DNA of 64,000 nt from the human T2T-CHM13v2.0 reference genome, Homo sapiens (GCF_009914755.1 NC_060927.1), one strand, 5' to 3'; shown: positions 34,690 to 49,190, counted from the stretch's first letter. Numbers and translations are program-made. The notes: generated from the letters alone by a model not told the origin.

Positions 34690-34965
34690 AAGGTTGTTCC
34701 TTCAGTCTGAAATACTTTCTTCTCTACTTTTCTTGCCAGTTGCTATTCATCTTTTTGGGTTCATTTTAAATTTCATTTATTTTGTAAAGTATTCCTAACT
34801 CCTCAAGAGTGTGCTGAGTACCCTTGCAGTTAATTCCCATTGTATTTGTACCTAATCTGAACAGAGTTTTGTAATGTTACGATTACAAATTACCTTGTCT
34901 GTCTTAGTTAACATTGTATTTACTTGGATTATAGTAAGTACTCAAATATTTGTAGAATGAATAAT
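34690..34965 (+). mobile_element. L2 3' end fragment
   Basis: Ends tagtaagtactcaaatatttgtagaatgaat. Confidence 0.5.
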
Positions 34966-36710
34966 ACATGTTTATTTTGAAGTTGATTTTAGGTAATTAA
35001 ATCCAGCTTAGAAACATGTAAAAGTGATAACATTGCATTTTTTTTAAGCAACTTTTTTGTACTACCCCATTTCTGGTTCAAGTGTGCATGTGCATTCACA
35101 TACATACACTACTTCCATCCAAGTCTCCAGACTGCATTAAAAAAAAATCCTATGTAACTTTCACTTTTTTCTGTATTTTAAATGTTATCAATCATGCTAC
35201 AGTTAGTATCATTTAGCATCAGTTGTTTAAAAAATTGAATGTCACTGCTAGGATTCATATTTTAAATACCAATTAAAATTCCAGTCCTGATTGATCACTT
35301 TTCATGCCTAGTCTAATTTATTTCAGGAACTTAATTGATATCACCTATTCTGTTGATTTTGTATATGGTTACAGGGCAGACTACCAGACTTAAACACACT
35401 ATTTCATTGAGATCTTTAACTGAAGGCCTTAGTGTTTGCCTTTAGTAAGGTTATGAATGGCTTTGTAAGCTAGAGAGTCTGCACTACTGTTAGAGGAACG
35501 TAAAGGGAATAAACTTGGAGTGCCAGTCAAGTCTTTTCTTCCTAAGTAAACAAGTAGGTCCCCTAAATGCTAAGCTGTTGCTTATAATCACTCATTACAG
35601 TTCTAATTTATATCTCATTGTAAAGCATCTTGAGTATCCCTGATATGAATGATGCTAAACCAAATAGAAGCAGTCTGCTGTGTATTTTTTTAAAATTCGA
35701 GTTTATTCTGTTCTCACAGGCTTTCTCCCCAGTCTAGTGATCATTGGAGTGGCATCTCCAAAATGGAACAGATTGGAATAAACCATAATGCTTGATTGAC
35801 ATGTTAGATAAATCTTGGTCAGCACAAGTATAGAATCAGAAATTTATCCTCCTTTGATTAAATGGCAAAGATTGAAGAAACAGATATCTCTATGTTGGTT
35901 TATTTTTATATCCTAATGTGATATTATAGGACAGTTTTAAAGTGCCTGGTTTAAATATTCTTAATATCCTAGTATAAAATGAGTATAGCCAGATGATAGG
36001 AATAACATATGTCTCTTTGGATAGATGTAGTTATGGGGTGTACTTTTCTACTAAAGCAGAGTAAGTTGTAATGCATTCCATTTGTGTAAATGTCGTCAAC
36101 ATATCTTAGATTTCAAGGCAATGAAAGTATATAATAAAAGAAAATCTCCAAATGGTATCATTGGGGTTAATGCTTTTCATTTAGTGATAAAGATATGATC
36201 CTTGGGTTCCGAGATTGCATATAACTACAGGAAGATAAGGATAAATCTCAGAGAATGAACCTTGTGGGTATAAAACCCAAAGCACTTTTTAATGCTATTA
36301 CATATGTGATGATCACTAACATAGCAAGTGCAGTTAGGGAAATACAACAATGAGTACTGCTGTTTTAATTCTCTCTGAACTCCTGCAGGAGGTTTTGAAA
36401 TTGCAGTCTTTGGCCCCTGTGGATATGCCAGCCTGTGACAGGCCACCTGGAAATAGATCATGAAAATCAATTTGGTTGTCATGTTGCAGCCTTAGCTTCT
36501 TTTTCTTGAGAAAGATAAAGGAGGGCATTCTACATTAGAAAAAGAAATGGGTAGATATCAGATTTTGAAAAATAATGTGTATTTGGAATAAGCCAGATGT
36601 GAAATTCATAACTACTTAGAAATTAAGTACACTTAAAAATTGTAAAAGACAGTAGTAGAAGAAAAATGTTTTCATTATTCAAAGCTCTCTAGGCAAAGAC
36701 AGCTTTAGTG

Positions 36711-36968
36711 TAGTCAGCCTTCCATACCCGCAGGTTCCACATCCATGGATTCAACCAACCACAGATCAGAAATGTTTGTGGGAAAAAACAATAAAAATAA
36801 CAATACAACAATAAAATATTATACAAAAAAATACAGTATAACTATTTACATAGCATTTACATTATATTAGGTATAATTAATCTAGAGATGATCTAAAGTA
36901 TACAGGAGGATGTGTTACTGTGCTATTTTGTGTAAGGGACTTGAGCATCCTTGGATTTTGGTATTCAT
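36711..36968 (+). mobile_element. Tigger3a-like (TcMar-Tigger) element
   Basis: agtcagccttccatacccgcaggttccacatccatggattcaaccaacc...gggacttgagcatccttggattttggtat. Confidence 0.85.
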
Positions 36969-38067
36969 ATTGGGTGAGTTTTAGTAGTTTTCGGTTATCA
37001 AAGAATTGGCTTATTCCATCTTAGTTGTTGAGTTTATATTCATAGAGTTGTTCATAGTATTCCCTTAGTATCTTTTTAAAATTTTTGTGTGACCTGTAGT
37101 GATAACTTCCTTTCATATCCTGATTTTTTGAGTAAGTATTGCTAGAGGATTTTTTGGGGTTCATTGATATCTTTTGTCAATGTTTTTCTTTGTTCAATTT
37201 TATTGATGTCTGTTCTTTATTATTTTTTTTCTCCTTCTTTGAGTTTATTTGTACATGTTTTTCTAGTTCCTTAAGGTAGGACCTTAGATTATTGATTTGT
37301 GATCTTTTTTCTTTTCTAATACAAGTGTTTAGTGATATAAATGTCTTTCTAAGCACTGCTTGAGCTACATCCCACAAATTCTCATATGTTGTGTTTTTAT
37401 ATCTTCTCAGTTCTCAATATTTTCTAATTTTCCTTGTGATTTCCTCTTTGATTCATGGATTATTTAGATATGAAATATATGATTTCAAGTGTTTGGAGAT
37501 TTCCCTATATCTTTCTTTTACTGATTCTAGCTTCATTTCATTATGACCAAAAAACATACTTTGTATGATTGTAGCTCTTATAAATTAGTTAAGGTTATTT
37601 TTATGAATTAGGATATGGTCTGTCTTGGTGAATGTTCCATGTGTATTTTGCTGTTGTTAGGTCATCTGTTGTATAAATAGCAATTAAATCCAGTTGGTTG
37701 ATGGGAATTTTCTATCTCTTGGCTTATTTCCATCTACTAGTTGTTGATTACTAAAGAGAAGTGTTGAAGTCTCTAACTATAATTCTGTATTTTGTTACGT
37801 CAGATTTTGCTTGTGTATTTTTTAGCGCTTTTGTTTGGTTTTATTTGGTGTATGTTTAAGATTGTTGTCTTCTTGGTGATTTGGTGCTTTCATCTTTGTT
37901 CTTCATAGTTTTATTGCTACAAAATACACATTGTATGATATTAATATAGCTATTCTTGATGTCTTTTGATTGGTGTTGGCCTGGTATATCTTTTTCCATC
38001 TTCCATCATTTACTTTTTAACATGCTTACATCATTATATTTGAGATGAGTTTCTTGCATATAGATAG

Positions 38068-38182
38068 TTTTTTTTTTTTTTTTGGGTAAATGTAGAGACA
38101 GGTTTTGCTGTGTTGCCCAGGCTGGTCTCAAAATCCTGGCCTCTAGAAGTCCTCCTGCCTTGGCCTCCCAAAGCATCTGGCC
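38068..38182 (-). mobile_element. FLAM/Alu left monomer
   Basis: T-tail, tagagacaggttttgctgtgttgcccaggctggtctc...gcctcccaaag. Confidence 0.85.
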
Positions 38183-38884
38183 TTGTATTCATTTTAAAAA
38201 TCCATTCTGAGAGTTAGTCTTTTAATTGGTGTGTTTACATGACTCACTTTAATATAATTATGGATATGTTTGGATTTAGGTCTTCCCTTCTGTCATTAAT
38301 TTTCTGTTTATTTCCTCTGTTTTATTTCTGATTTCCCTTTCCTATATTTTTATGGGTTGTTTGGACATTTTTTATTACCTCATTTTAATTTCTCTGTTGT
38401 ATTTTTGAGTACATTTCTGTATATAGATTTTTTTAGTGGTTGCCCTAGGAATTATAATACACGTACTTAATTCTTCACAGTCTACTTAGAATCTGTGTTT
38501 TATTGCTTCAGTTGGAATGTGGAAATGTAACTAGCCTTTAATCCTTAATTCTGAAAACCTCATGAGGCAAAGTTTATAGTTTTTGCTTTAAACTGGCAAA
38601 GATATTTTAGGATGAGGAGATTATGTTTTACTTTTACTCAGATATTTTACCATTCTCTTGTGTTGTAGGGTTAATTTTAAGTTTTGCAAATGCTTACCAT
38701 TTTTGTTACTTTTAATTATTTTTCATCTTTGAGCTTCTGCTTGAGATAATTTTTCTTTATCCTGAAGAGCATCCCTTATTATTTTTGTAAATTCTCAGGT
38801 TTTAAAATTTTGTGTGAAAATATCTGTATTTCTTCTTTATTAGAAATTCAGTGAGCAATGAATTATAAGTAGACATATATTTTA

Positions 38885-38929
38885 TTAGGTTGGTGCAGAA
38901 GTAATTGCGATTTTGCCATCACTTTTAAT
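38885..38929. mobile_element. Half MADE1 (Hsmar1-derived MITE)
   Basis: ta|ttaggttggtgcagaagtaattgcgattttgccatcacttttaat. Confidence 0.85.
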
Positions 38930-40399
38930 AGTTCCATAATATAAAGGCATAATTTTATTTTCCCCTGACTTTCTTAATTTTGTTTTAGAAGTTCTGGGTT
39001 TCTGGTTTTTAGCAGTTTTACTATGATGTGGCAGTTTTTGTTTTTTTATGTTTAGCTTAAGTTCACTTTCTCTTTTTTTAAAAAAAATCTATTATGTCTA
39101 ATCTGCTAAGTGTATCTGTTGAGTTCTTAATTTTCTGTAATATATTTTATATTTTCCTTATTATATTTTTGAAATTCTAATTTTTTGTATTCTTTTTATG
39201 GTTTCCTCTTCACCAGTTCTCAATTTTATGTTTATCTTCTTTCAGCTACTAGGTTTAGTTATTTTGTAGTCTATGACTTTGATGTGTAGTCTCAATGGAT
39301 TCATTTCTGTTGCCTCTGAGAGTAATCCGGGATAATATTAATCTAGTTTCAGCAGTTAAATTGCTAACTCTTACAGGCCATCAAACAAACAAAAAATTGT
39401 TTAAAAAAATTTCCAGCCATTGTAATAGTTCTTTAGAAAAAGGGTTGATTCAAATTATCGAATCTACCATTACTAGAATGGGAATTTCCATCCTATTTTA
39501 TTATCTCCCACATACCTGAGCGTCCAGAGGTGAATTTGTTATCCTTCTTACTTTCCCTTCTTCCTTCCAAACCGTTGTTCGTCTGCTCTTTATTTTGAAC
39601 TAAGTAAATTAAAACCTGTTCCTCTGATGCTCATGCTATTCACCATGAAACTATCTTTCCCTTCATTTTGCTGTCATAATATGTGTTAGGCAGTGCTCCT
39701 TTTTCACTAAAGACTAGCATCTGGCTTACAGTCTTCCTGTCCTTGAATCCATTTTCCAAGTCTTAAGTAGGCCAGAACTATTCTTAGAACTTCAGCTATA
39801 TCTATACAGTTGCCTGTTGGACATGTCTAGAATCTGAAGTTCAATATATTCAAAACTAATCTCATGAGTGCTCCCCACCAAGAGGAGAATTAAAAGATGT
39901 GATCAAAGTTGTATGTACCTTCAGGGTTGCTAGAATATAAATTAGTAACGAGTACTGCTCTTCTCCAAAGAGTCCATGATATGACTCTTTGAGAATATGA
40001 GAATCCTCTTCTCCAAAGAGTCCGTGATATGTTACTGTAGTAGATGTAGTAGAAACAACATTAGACTGGTATGTGTGGGTTCTAGCGTTGGCTCTTCTGC
40101 TCACTTGCATGTGACTGGGCTGGTCACTTAACATCTCTGAGTTTTATATTCTTTATAAAATGTGAGGCATGGAGTAAACGGTCTCTCAAGTCCTTTTTTG
40201 TGGTAGAAAATTTGCTCACCAGTCTTCATTGAGGAGGAGTACAATATTCTGGGATTGAAGAGGAAAGCATTTTAGTATAATTCTAAATTATGATGTTAGG
40301 TTCCTCACATTAAATTAATTATCCTGAGGATTCTCTACCTTTCCCACATGCAGGAACAGTGATAACTGATGATAGCCTAGGTATTACCACCTAGCTGAT

Positions 40400-41900
40400 G
40401 CCCTCCCTCCATTTTGTCATTTATTCATCAAATGCCAGGCACTGGGTTGGGTCTTGGAGATTCATTCCATGGTGATGGATAATAGTTATAGTGCCTAACA
40501 TTATGGAAATTATGGTCCAGTGTGTGTGTGTGTGGGGGGGGGGAATTGTAAATATGAAATCACATAAATATCATTTTTAGTAGTGATAAAAAGCCAAGCA
40601 TAAGACATGTGTAGTGCTTTGAGCAGAATATAATGGTGGGGACGGAGATGTATTTGACCTAGAATAGTTGGGGCAAACTTTCCTGAAGAAATAGGATGAG
40701 TAGGAGTTAGTGAGGGAAGGAGCAGGGAGAAGAAAATTACAGAGAGAGGAAACATCATCAACAAAGGCCTCTAGAATGGAGGGACACTGATACGAACAGG
40801 GACTGAAAGATGATCACAGAAGCTAGAATGGAGAGGAGGGGAAGCACTGTCTGAGATGGGGCCGGAGAAACAGATAGGGGCTAGACTATGCAGGGCCTTG
40901 TAAACCTGGTTAAGGATTTTGGTCTCTATCTTAAGGGTAGCAGGATGCCTTTGAAGTGGTTTAATCTGATGGGTGACATGATCAGATTAGTGTTTTGAAA
41001 AGATCACTCCAGCTGCAGTGTGGAAAACAGATTGCAGAGGGATAAGTAAGAGTGGATGCGGAGAAACCAGATAAGTAGCACAGTAATCTAGGAGAGATGT
41101 AATAGTAGCTTGGGCCAGGGATTTGGCATTGGAGATGGAAAGAAGTTGCTGAATTTGAGACATATTTATGTATTTAATGATAGGTTTGATTTGGTAAATG
41201 AGATGCAGTTGTTAAGGATAACCATTAGTTTTCTGATTTATATCATTGGAACAATGGTGAGACTTTTTACTGAGCAAGGATTACATTGGAAGATGGCAGG
41301 GTATCATACATTTGCTTTGGACATACTGAGTTTGAGGATCTTTTGGGACTTTCAAGAGGAGAATGAAAGTAGTCAGGAGGATATATTGTAGGTGCAGAAC
41401 TCAGGAGAGTTTTAACATGGTCTCAGGTTTTCAATTCCGTTTTATTCTTAACTCTTTAGGTATTTTACTTGGACCTTGATGACTACAGAAACCTATAAAG
41501 GGGAGGCTGCAGTAACCCAAGCAATATCTTCCATATGGCAAGATTAAATCACAGTGACTGCTGGATGTGACCCATGGGCCACAACAAAGATAAATGCATT
41601 GTGCCATGGATTACTTTGGATGCTGTTAAAATGTGTCTGGCACTATTGTAGTTACTGGAGATTGCAAAGATGAATAAGACACGGTCTTTGATCTCAAGAA
41701 ACTTCCATGTAGTTTGGAAGCCAGACACACAAATAATGATAACAATGTAGTAAGAGTGCTGTGACAGAAGATGCCCACTATACTAGGGGAGCATATTGAA
41801 AGGACACTTAATCCAAAATTAGCCAGTCAAGGAAGATTTTCTGGAGGTGTTGACACTTAAACCATCTGGAAGAATATGGAAGAGGAAGTGAGAAGGAAAG
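40400..41900 (-). mobile_element. L2 fragments
   Basis: gcagggccttgtaaacc...ggattttggtctctatcttaag...gaaaagatcactccagctgcagtgtgga. Confidence 0.75.
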
Positions 41901-42734
41901 GGAAAAACAGAAGGATTAAAAGGAGAGGGATTATTATATGTTTAGGAAACCATTTTTATTCCTCTTTTTTGGGGAGTAATTACCTTTTTATTGTTAGACA
42001 CAGAAAATACCTTCTGGAAACAAGGTGACATCAAGCATTGTTGGTTCTTCCTTTTTTTCTTTTGTTTTCTTTCTTTCATTCTCCTCCTCTTTTTCCTTCC
42101 TCCTTTTCTGAATAGATGATATATTTCAGAATGGAACATTATATAAGGGCTTACATACAGTAGAGAGTCTTATTTACATCTTTTCCCCCATCCACTCAAT
42201 TCCTATTCTTTACCTAAAAATCCATGTAATTACATTTATTAGTTTTTTAGTTATCCTTCTAGGGTTTCTTTATATAAAATTATAGGCAAATACAAATATA
42301 CATTTGAAAAATTCCCTTTCCTTTTGGGATCTTTAGTTCATTCTGGCTAAAATAAATATAAATAAATAAGAAAGGGATATAAGAGGAGGTGCCACAGGAT
42401 TTTTGACTTGAAGGATTTTAACTTAGAGAAGCAACACTAAGGAGAATGGATTGAAGGCTGAGAGAGACCATTTAGGAGTCTTATGGTAAGTAATGTGCGG
42501 GAGTAATGATGAAGCCTTAATAAAGGTAGTGGCAGCTGAGAAGGAAGGAATGTTACCTAAGTGGATCTTGATCTGACTTGAGTTCAGAAACTTACCAGTT
42601 ATTTAATACTGAATGATAATGTGGAGACACTAAGGATAGAATTTGGATGAATTGTTTGAATAGTCAATGGAAGAGAATGAAAATCAATGGGGTTTCCTCA
42701 TGAAATGAGGAAAAGAAGCTAATGGAGAAATGGG

Positions 42735-42960
42735 TATAGCACAGTGGTTAATAACTTATACACTAAAGTCTTGTAGACCTGCCTTTAAGTCCAACTCTTT
42801 CATTTACTAGCTGTGTGATCCTAGTCAAGTCACTTAATCTCTCCAAGTCTTGGTTTATCTCTAAAATGGCCATGATAAACATTACTACTTCATATGTTTG
42901 CATGAAGATTAAAACAGATGATGTATTAAGGAAGGGTTTGTATCCGTGGCTCACTGGAAG
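42735..42960 (+). mobile_element. MIR
   Basis: tagcacagtggtta...tttactagctgtgtgatcctagtcaagtcacttaatctctc. Confidence 0.8.
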
Positions 42961-45099
42961 GGCTAATCGTAGATAGGGAAGTCATATGATCCTTTGAAGT
43001 CAGTGAAGGTGGGAATGAGAAGGTAGTTAAGTGAAAGTAGAAAGGAACTTGAAATACTCATACATAGTTACTTTGATAGTCTGCCAATAGTTGACTTGGG
43101 AATGCCACTTGAGTCCTTTGGGCCTCAGTCCATCTGTCTGTACTCTGAAGGTTAGATGAAATGATGGCCAACGTCTTTCCAAATTTGTTCTTCTGACGCC
43201 ATACCGAAAGCCAACTTGAAAGCCTAAAACCATATATTCTATGAAGTAGGTTTCAGAATAAAAACTGTAATTCTTTCGGGTGCTATTAGTTTATTGAGTT
43301 AGATTGATTATATGCCAACACCCAGGGTATTACCTCTATCATATGTTTAAGTTTATTTTTATGTGATTGCTTCCTTGAATAATTTTGTTGCTGTTTTGAC
43401 TATGAAGGATACTTTTTCTTCCTTCCTTTCTTTCTTTCTTTTAATAACCACCTTGTATTTTAAAAAGACTATTGTTTGCCTTGGTCCTTTTAATCTGCCC
43501 ATGAGGAATTCAAGCTGAATGATAGGGAGCTGTGAAAATCCAGTTAGTGTGAGCTGTAATCTTTTTACTGGCTTTAAATAGTTAGAATACCATGCAGACA
43601 CCCTGCAGATAACTGAATCAAAACATACAGTAATCACCTAAACATGGATTCTGCCTTTGCTGTTAGGGAACCATAGTAAAAATCACTAATAACCATTTAC
43701 TTTGCAGAAAAGATATTTGGTCATGATATCAAATAAAATCAGGGTTTGATATTAAAAGCCATATTTCACAGGTAGGCAACCCAGTATTGGTGAAAAGTAT
43801 TGATTTCTGAAAATTTGATATTATCCAGTATTTGTAATATCCTCTGACTATAATAGAGTCAGGAAAACATCTTTATAAAAAGAGAATATTTATAATTCTT
43901 TAATCTTTAGTCGGTTTCTACTTCAGATCTTGCTAAAGGAAAACAAAACACTAGTAAGATAATCAGGCTTTGGAACTATAATAAATAGCAAGAAGAAAGT
44001 GTGCTGCTCTTTTCTTATAAAAGAAACTGGTTCCACTAATGCAGTTTATTGAATTTAGATAGCAAAATATTCCCTAATAACTTTGTCAAATGGTGGTCTA
44101 TTTTTCTAGCTTTATAGGCTGCTTTTTTTTTAAGTTGAAAGATGGATTTCTCATCCATTAGATTCTGCATTAGAGTGAGGAGAAACATGTTATGCAGTAT
44201 GCCGATGCTGCTTCCTAATTTCATTAGCTTTCCATTTTCTAATACTGCTGTTGATAATATTCTAGTGAAGTTTATAAAATAAAATAGTCTACTTGTTGAA
44301 ACCAATATTCTAGTGTTGCTGGTATGATTCATGCTACATTAGGAGTTCGTAAGTCATTAGTAATCTTTTATGTTTAGTGTATTCTTCTGAACAGTAAACT
44401 TGAACTCCTTTGTTTTGCAAGATTTGTAGGGCCTACTCCAGGACAAAGATTTCATAAAGTAGATGCCTTTCCTATGCTTATTGCTTTGCCTCAAGCAGTT
44501 TTACAGAGCTCAACCTGCCAGTTCTTCAAAATAGGGAAGCCTACTTTTCATCAAAAATATAGATTCTGAGGACTGTGTTTGCCAGTCCAGAGTCTTCATA
44601 CTTAATTTTTTTAAAAGAGGTATTTATTATAGAAATATTGAAACATAAAAATGTGGAGAGATTCGTATAATGAAGCTGATTTATCTATACTTCCAACATT
44701 TTCAGTATTTGGCTGTTATAGATATGCTTGTGTACAAATGTTTTGGAAAACTGATGACAGTATTATTATATTACCTAATGTATCCATGAAAGTTCTAAAA
44801 GCCATTGCCATTTTTAGGGGATTGATAAGTTTTGGTGTGCATTTAGATTAATTGTAAATAATAGTAAGAGGGGCAGTTTACGATCAGTTATAATGTTATT
44901 TACATATAGAGCACTATGGACATTGTGCAAAACATTCTGAGGAGCACATAATTGTGGGGGACTATGCTGATACTTGCTAGTAATATTACTTATCAGTCAC
45001 ATAGCCTCCATTTTTTTCACATGTAACCATCTTTGCCTGTATCCTTTCTAAGGATCTGCTCCTATAGTCACATCTTAAAAAGGTAACAAGCCAAGCGAC

Positions 45100-45305
45100 A
45101 TATTGTATAACATGGTGACTATAGTTAATAGCAATGTATTATACACTTGAGAATTGCTGAGAGTAGATATTAGGTGTTTTTACCACAAAAATAAGTATAT
45201 GAGGTAGTGTGTATATTAGCCCAGTTTAGTCATTCCCCCAGTATTTACATATTTCACAACATCTTGTTTGTACACTATAAATATATATAATTTTTGTCAA
45301 TTAAA
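45100..45305 (+). mobile_element. 5'-truncated L1MA-like 3' end
   Basis: catggtgactatagttaatagcaatgtattatacacttgagaattgctgagagtagat; TSD-like taacaagc on both sides. Confidence 0.8.
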
Positions 45306-45399
45306 CAAGTTAACAAGCTTGTCATTATTATTAGCTTTATGCCCCAATCAAATCTTGATGGCATATATTCATTCTGCGTCCCCCACCCCTTATATTTCC

Positions 45400-46932
45400 A
45401 AACCAGTAACTCTAGTATCACTTCTTAAATTGTTTGACCATTAAATATACCACTTTTTATTATCCATCACCACTTTGCTGTATTTACTTCTTTTCTGACC
45501 CAAATTAGCATCATTCTTTTCTGTGTCAATGGAAGAAATGTCTTTGTTTTTATCATTTTGCTCTGAATCCCGTTACCTTTTCTAACTGTGCTCTGTTCAA
45601 CATCAGTTCCTTCCTCTCCTGGATAATTCCTACCAGCATCTTAAAAACAAAGCAAAACACAACCCTTAACTTTCACTTGACCTCTCATCTCCTCCAGCAC
45701 TATTCCATTTCTCTGCTCCTCATTTCAGTAGTAATTTCGTTTATTTTCTTTATTCCACTTCTTACCTATTCACTCTTCAGCACATTTGAGTTTCTGTTCT
45801 TACCACTCCGCTGAAACCTCCATTGTCAAGTGACTTCTATTCTGCCACATCCAGTAGACACTTCTCTCTTATCTTGTAGGTTTTCTGAACAATGTTCAGC
45901 ACAGTCCATTACTCATCTTTGATCTTCCTCGTATGCCCTTCGTCTTCCTCTTTCTTGAAATACCTTCCTCTCTTGATCATCTGCAATACCATCTCAGTGG
46001 CCACTCCTCTGATGTCTTTTGCCTCTGCAAATGTTGAAGCATCTCTAGACTTGGTAAGGGGGTTCCATCATTTTTCAGACTCTGTAGGTTAGGTTCAGGA
46101 AACTTTTTCTGTAAAGGGCCAGATTGTAAATATTTTAGGCTTTTCAGGCTGAGAGGCAAAATCAAAGATATTATGTAGGTACTTACAGAAGAAAAGAAAA
46201 CAAATTTCCATACATGTCAAACAAATGATTAAATTCAAACTCTAATAATTATTATTTATCTTCTTTGTCTCCACTGGTATCTTGAGTGGAGTGATATCTC
46301 CACTGATACAGACCAAGCCCGTCATCATTTTGCCACCTGATCTATAGTTTAGCTTCCTGATTTTTTTTTTTTTTTTGCTTTCAATCTTGTCCTCCCCATA
46401 ATCCATTATCCACACAATGTGCAGAAGGATTTCTTAAAAATGTAAGTCATGTTATGTCACTCCTCTGCTTAAATCCTTTAGTGACTTCTTTTTGAAGTTT
46501 TTATTTTGGACATTAAAGTACCACAGGCTCATGCACTCCAGTTTATCTCACGCCACTCAAGATGCTGTAGCCACACTGTTCTTTCCTTTCTCTAGACCTT
46601 TGCAATTGTTGTTGCCTCTGTTTGGAATGCCTCCTCCAGGGTCTTTGTATATGGTTCTCATTCTCATTATTTAGTTTTTACTTCAAGTGTAATCTTTTTA
46701 AAGAGACCTTTCCTGAACACTGATTGTAAATTAGCTGTCCCTACCCCATTACTCTATATCCTGTTTCTGTCCTTCAGAGTACTTATCACAGTGTGTAATC
46801 ATCTTGTTAGTACTCCCACCAGAATATAAACTTCAGAAGGGAAGGGTCCTTGTTCACTGCTGTATCTGCAGAACATATAAATAATGCTTGATGCCTAAAT
46901 GGTACTGAAGTAAGATTTATACATAAATGAAT
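45400..46932 (+). mobile_element. L2 (L2a-like), interrupted by a MER58B-like element (~46090-46255)
   Basis: atccattatccacaca...gtcactcctctgcttaaa; 3' end taaatgaat; ttctgtaaagggccagattgtaaatattttaggc. Confidence 0.7.
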
Positions 46933-48594
46933 TTAATGACTAAATATGTCACTTGGATTTAAATCTCAGGTTTCTTCATCACCTTTATCTGTAACTTTCA
47001 TTTCTTAAGATAAAATTTTGATTTTTAAAAATTATCGTCAGCATACGCTTTAAAATTTAATGTAGAATATTTTAAGTTAAATTTTTTTCCACTCTGCTCC
47101 ACATTTCCCCCATCCTGTTCCTCAGAATTAGGAATTAGAATTTACATGCATGATTTTGTGCTTCTCTGCTTTCATCTGTATGTTTATAATAGTGTTCAAT
47201 ATATTATATAAATGGGATTATGCTATGTAGATTTCTGCAACTTGATTTTTGTACTAACGGTAGCACTTGAGTACTAAGGCTTATTTTTAATTTTGAAATC
47301 ACAGAATTTCTTTTGTGAAAAGAGTGGATGGTTAAATCCATATTCCAGGAATTAAAGGCTTTCTCATTTCCTCTGTATAAATGTCAAGGTTAAGTAGCAG
47401 TGCAGGTGGGGTATAAAGCAAAGAATCAGAATTGGAGTCTTTTCCTCCCCTCCCCTCCACTTTACATTGGATTAACTCTAATTGTTCACAACATTTGAAA
47501 GATATTTTCAATGGTAAATGATCTCATCTATTGTATTAACCTTCAACTAGTATTTTAGATATAATTATTTTTATGAACAAGCTATGAAATGTATGGTCTA
47601 CTGTATAGCAGGTGATAAATTTATTTTGAGAGAAGAATATTAAAACTGTTTTAACAACTGAAAAAGAACAAAGGATATTTTCTATTTTGAAGAGAATTTA
47701 AGAAGTATCCTTTCTGGCTAAGTAAATGCCTATAAATATTGTGATAGTAGAAATACGGTATATTCAAATCTCTTTCAAATGAGGTTTTTGAAGTACCAAT
47801 CTTGATAATTTTCATCTTCCTTTTAGAAAACTAGTCTTTTTGTCTCTCTTGACAATGATACTGAGTTTCCTCTGCCTCAGTACAAAAAATATTTTTTACA
47901 GATCATCATGGTAGATGTATAGCAAGAGAGACCTAGTCTAGCCTGTTTCCCTGCAGATGAGTAGAGTGTGACCACCAGAGGTTAAGTGATACATTTTTCC
48001 AAGATAGCTAGCAGGGTGAGATTTTGATATTTTAAGTTACGTAGTTGTCTAAGTAACTCTTATCTTATTGAAGACAGGTATGGGTTTTGTATTTAGAGAT
48101 TTTGTATCTCCCTACTATGATTAACACCAGTATATATTAAATACATATGTATTAATCAGTAAATACAAGGAATTTTCCCAGGATTTTAAGTTTCAACCAA
48201 TTGCTCTATGCCCTGTTGAACTTGCTCCCCCTTAATGACTGATTAAAGTACTCTCCCACTTTTCATTGCCTCCTGTTCAGTTACTGCTGCCCAGAGCCAG
48301 AGAGTTTGTTTGTCTTGTTAAAAAGTAAGATTTACACCCCTTTTGGTTTGGAGGCAATTAAAAGTTATAAAGACGGATTAAAGTAGAAGCATCATAGGTA
48401 TATTAATGAGTTATTTGGGACTTTCTCACAGATTTCACCAAAAGAATTGTGAGAGGAAAAAGAAACTTACATCTAACAGGAAGAGAAAAGTTTTAGGAAG
48501 ACCAAATTGTGAGTAAACCTATACAAGCCCTTAGAAACATTTTTACATTCAGTAGAACATTAATTACCTTTAAAATAAGGACTACTTGATAGCA

Positions 48595-49190
48595 TTATAT
48601 CAGTCAGAGTCCAACCTGGAAGGTGGAAAACACACTAGAGAATGGTACAAAAGAAAACATTGAGATAACAGATATTAAGTAATAGAAATTAGGTACCCAT
48701 TCTAGGGAAATGAGAAGAGGTTAGTATTATCAGCACATAGTAACTTAGGGAATGGCAGAACTGAGACCCAGGCCTCTAATGAAGCAAAGGTGTTACTTCA
48801 CTAGTGTTGGTACCTCAAGGGCTTGTGGGAGGGTCCCCATTGCGCTAGGCCCTAGACTTTTTTGAGGAATGGATACTGTTTGGCTGCTGCTGGTTCCTCT
48901 GAGGGAATGGAATGGGTCTGGATCTGAAAGGACAGGTGAAAAAAACTCTTAGAAATTAGAACTAATATTAAAGAGTTATTTCCTTCAAAGAGTTGTTGGT
49001 GGGGCAACTCTGACAGGATCAGCAAGTAAAACAGGGAAGCCCTTTTCACTTTCTCCTACTATTCATTCTTCCTCTAACAACCTCTATTAGCAGAACCTAA
49101 TAGGGAGCTAGCTAGCTGGCAGAAGGGAAACATCATTTGAAAGTCCCGGCCACAGTAGGTGTATGGCTAAGGCAATAGCTTAGTAATCAG
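48595..49190. mobile_element. Probable ancient ERVL/MaLR-type LTR
   Basis: tatcagtcagagtccaacc...ctattagcagaacctaatagggagc resemble old LTR motifs; family not identified. Confidence 0.4.

Larger units (their letters stand above)
36970..39290 (-). mobile_element. Ancient L1M, with FLAM and MADE1 insertions
   Basis: ORF 37177-37377 resembles L1 ORF2 (WDVAQAVLRK.FI.LN.CIRKEKRSQINNL). Confidence 0.75.
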
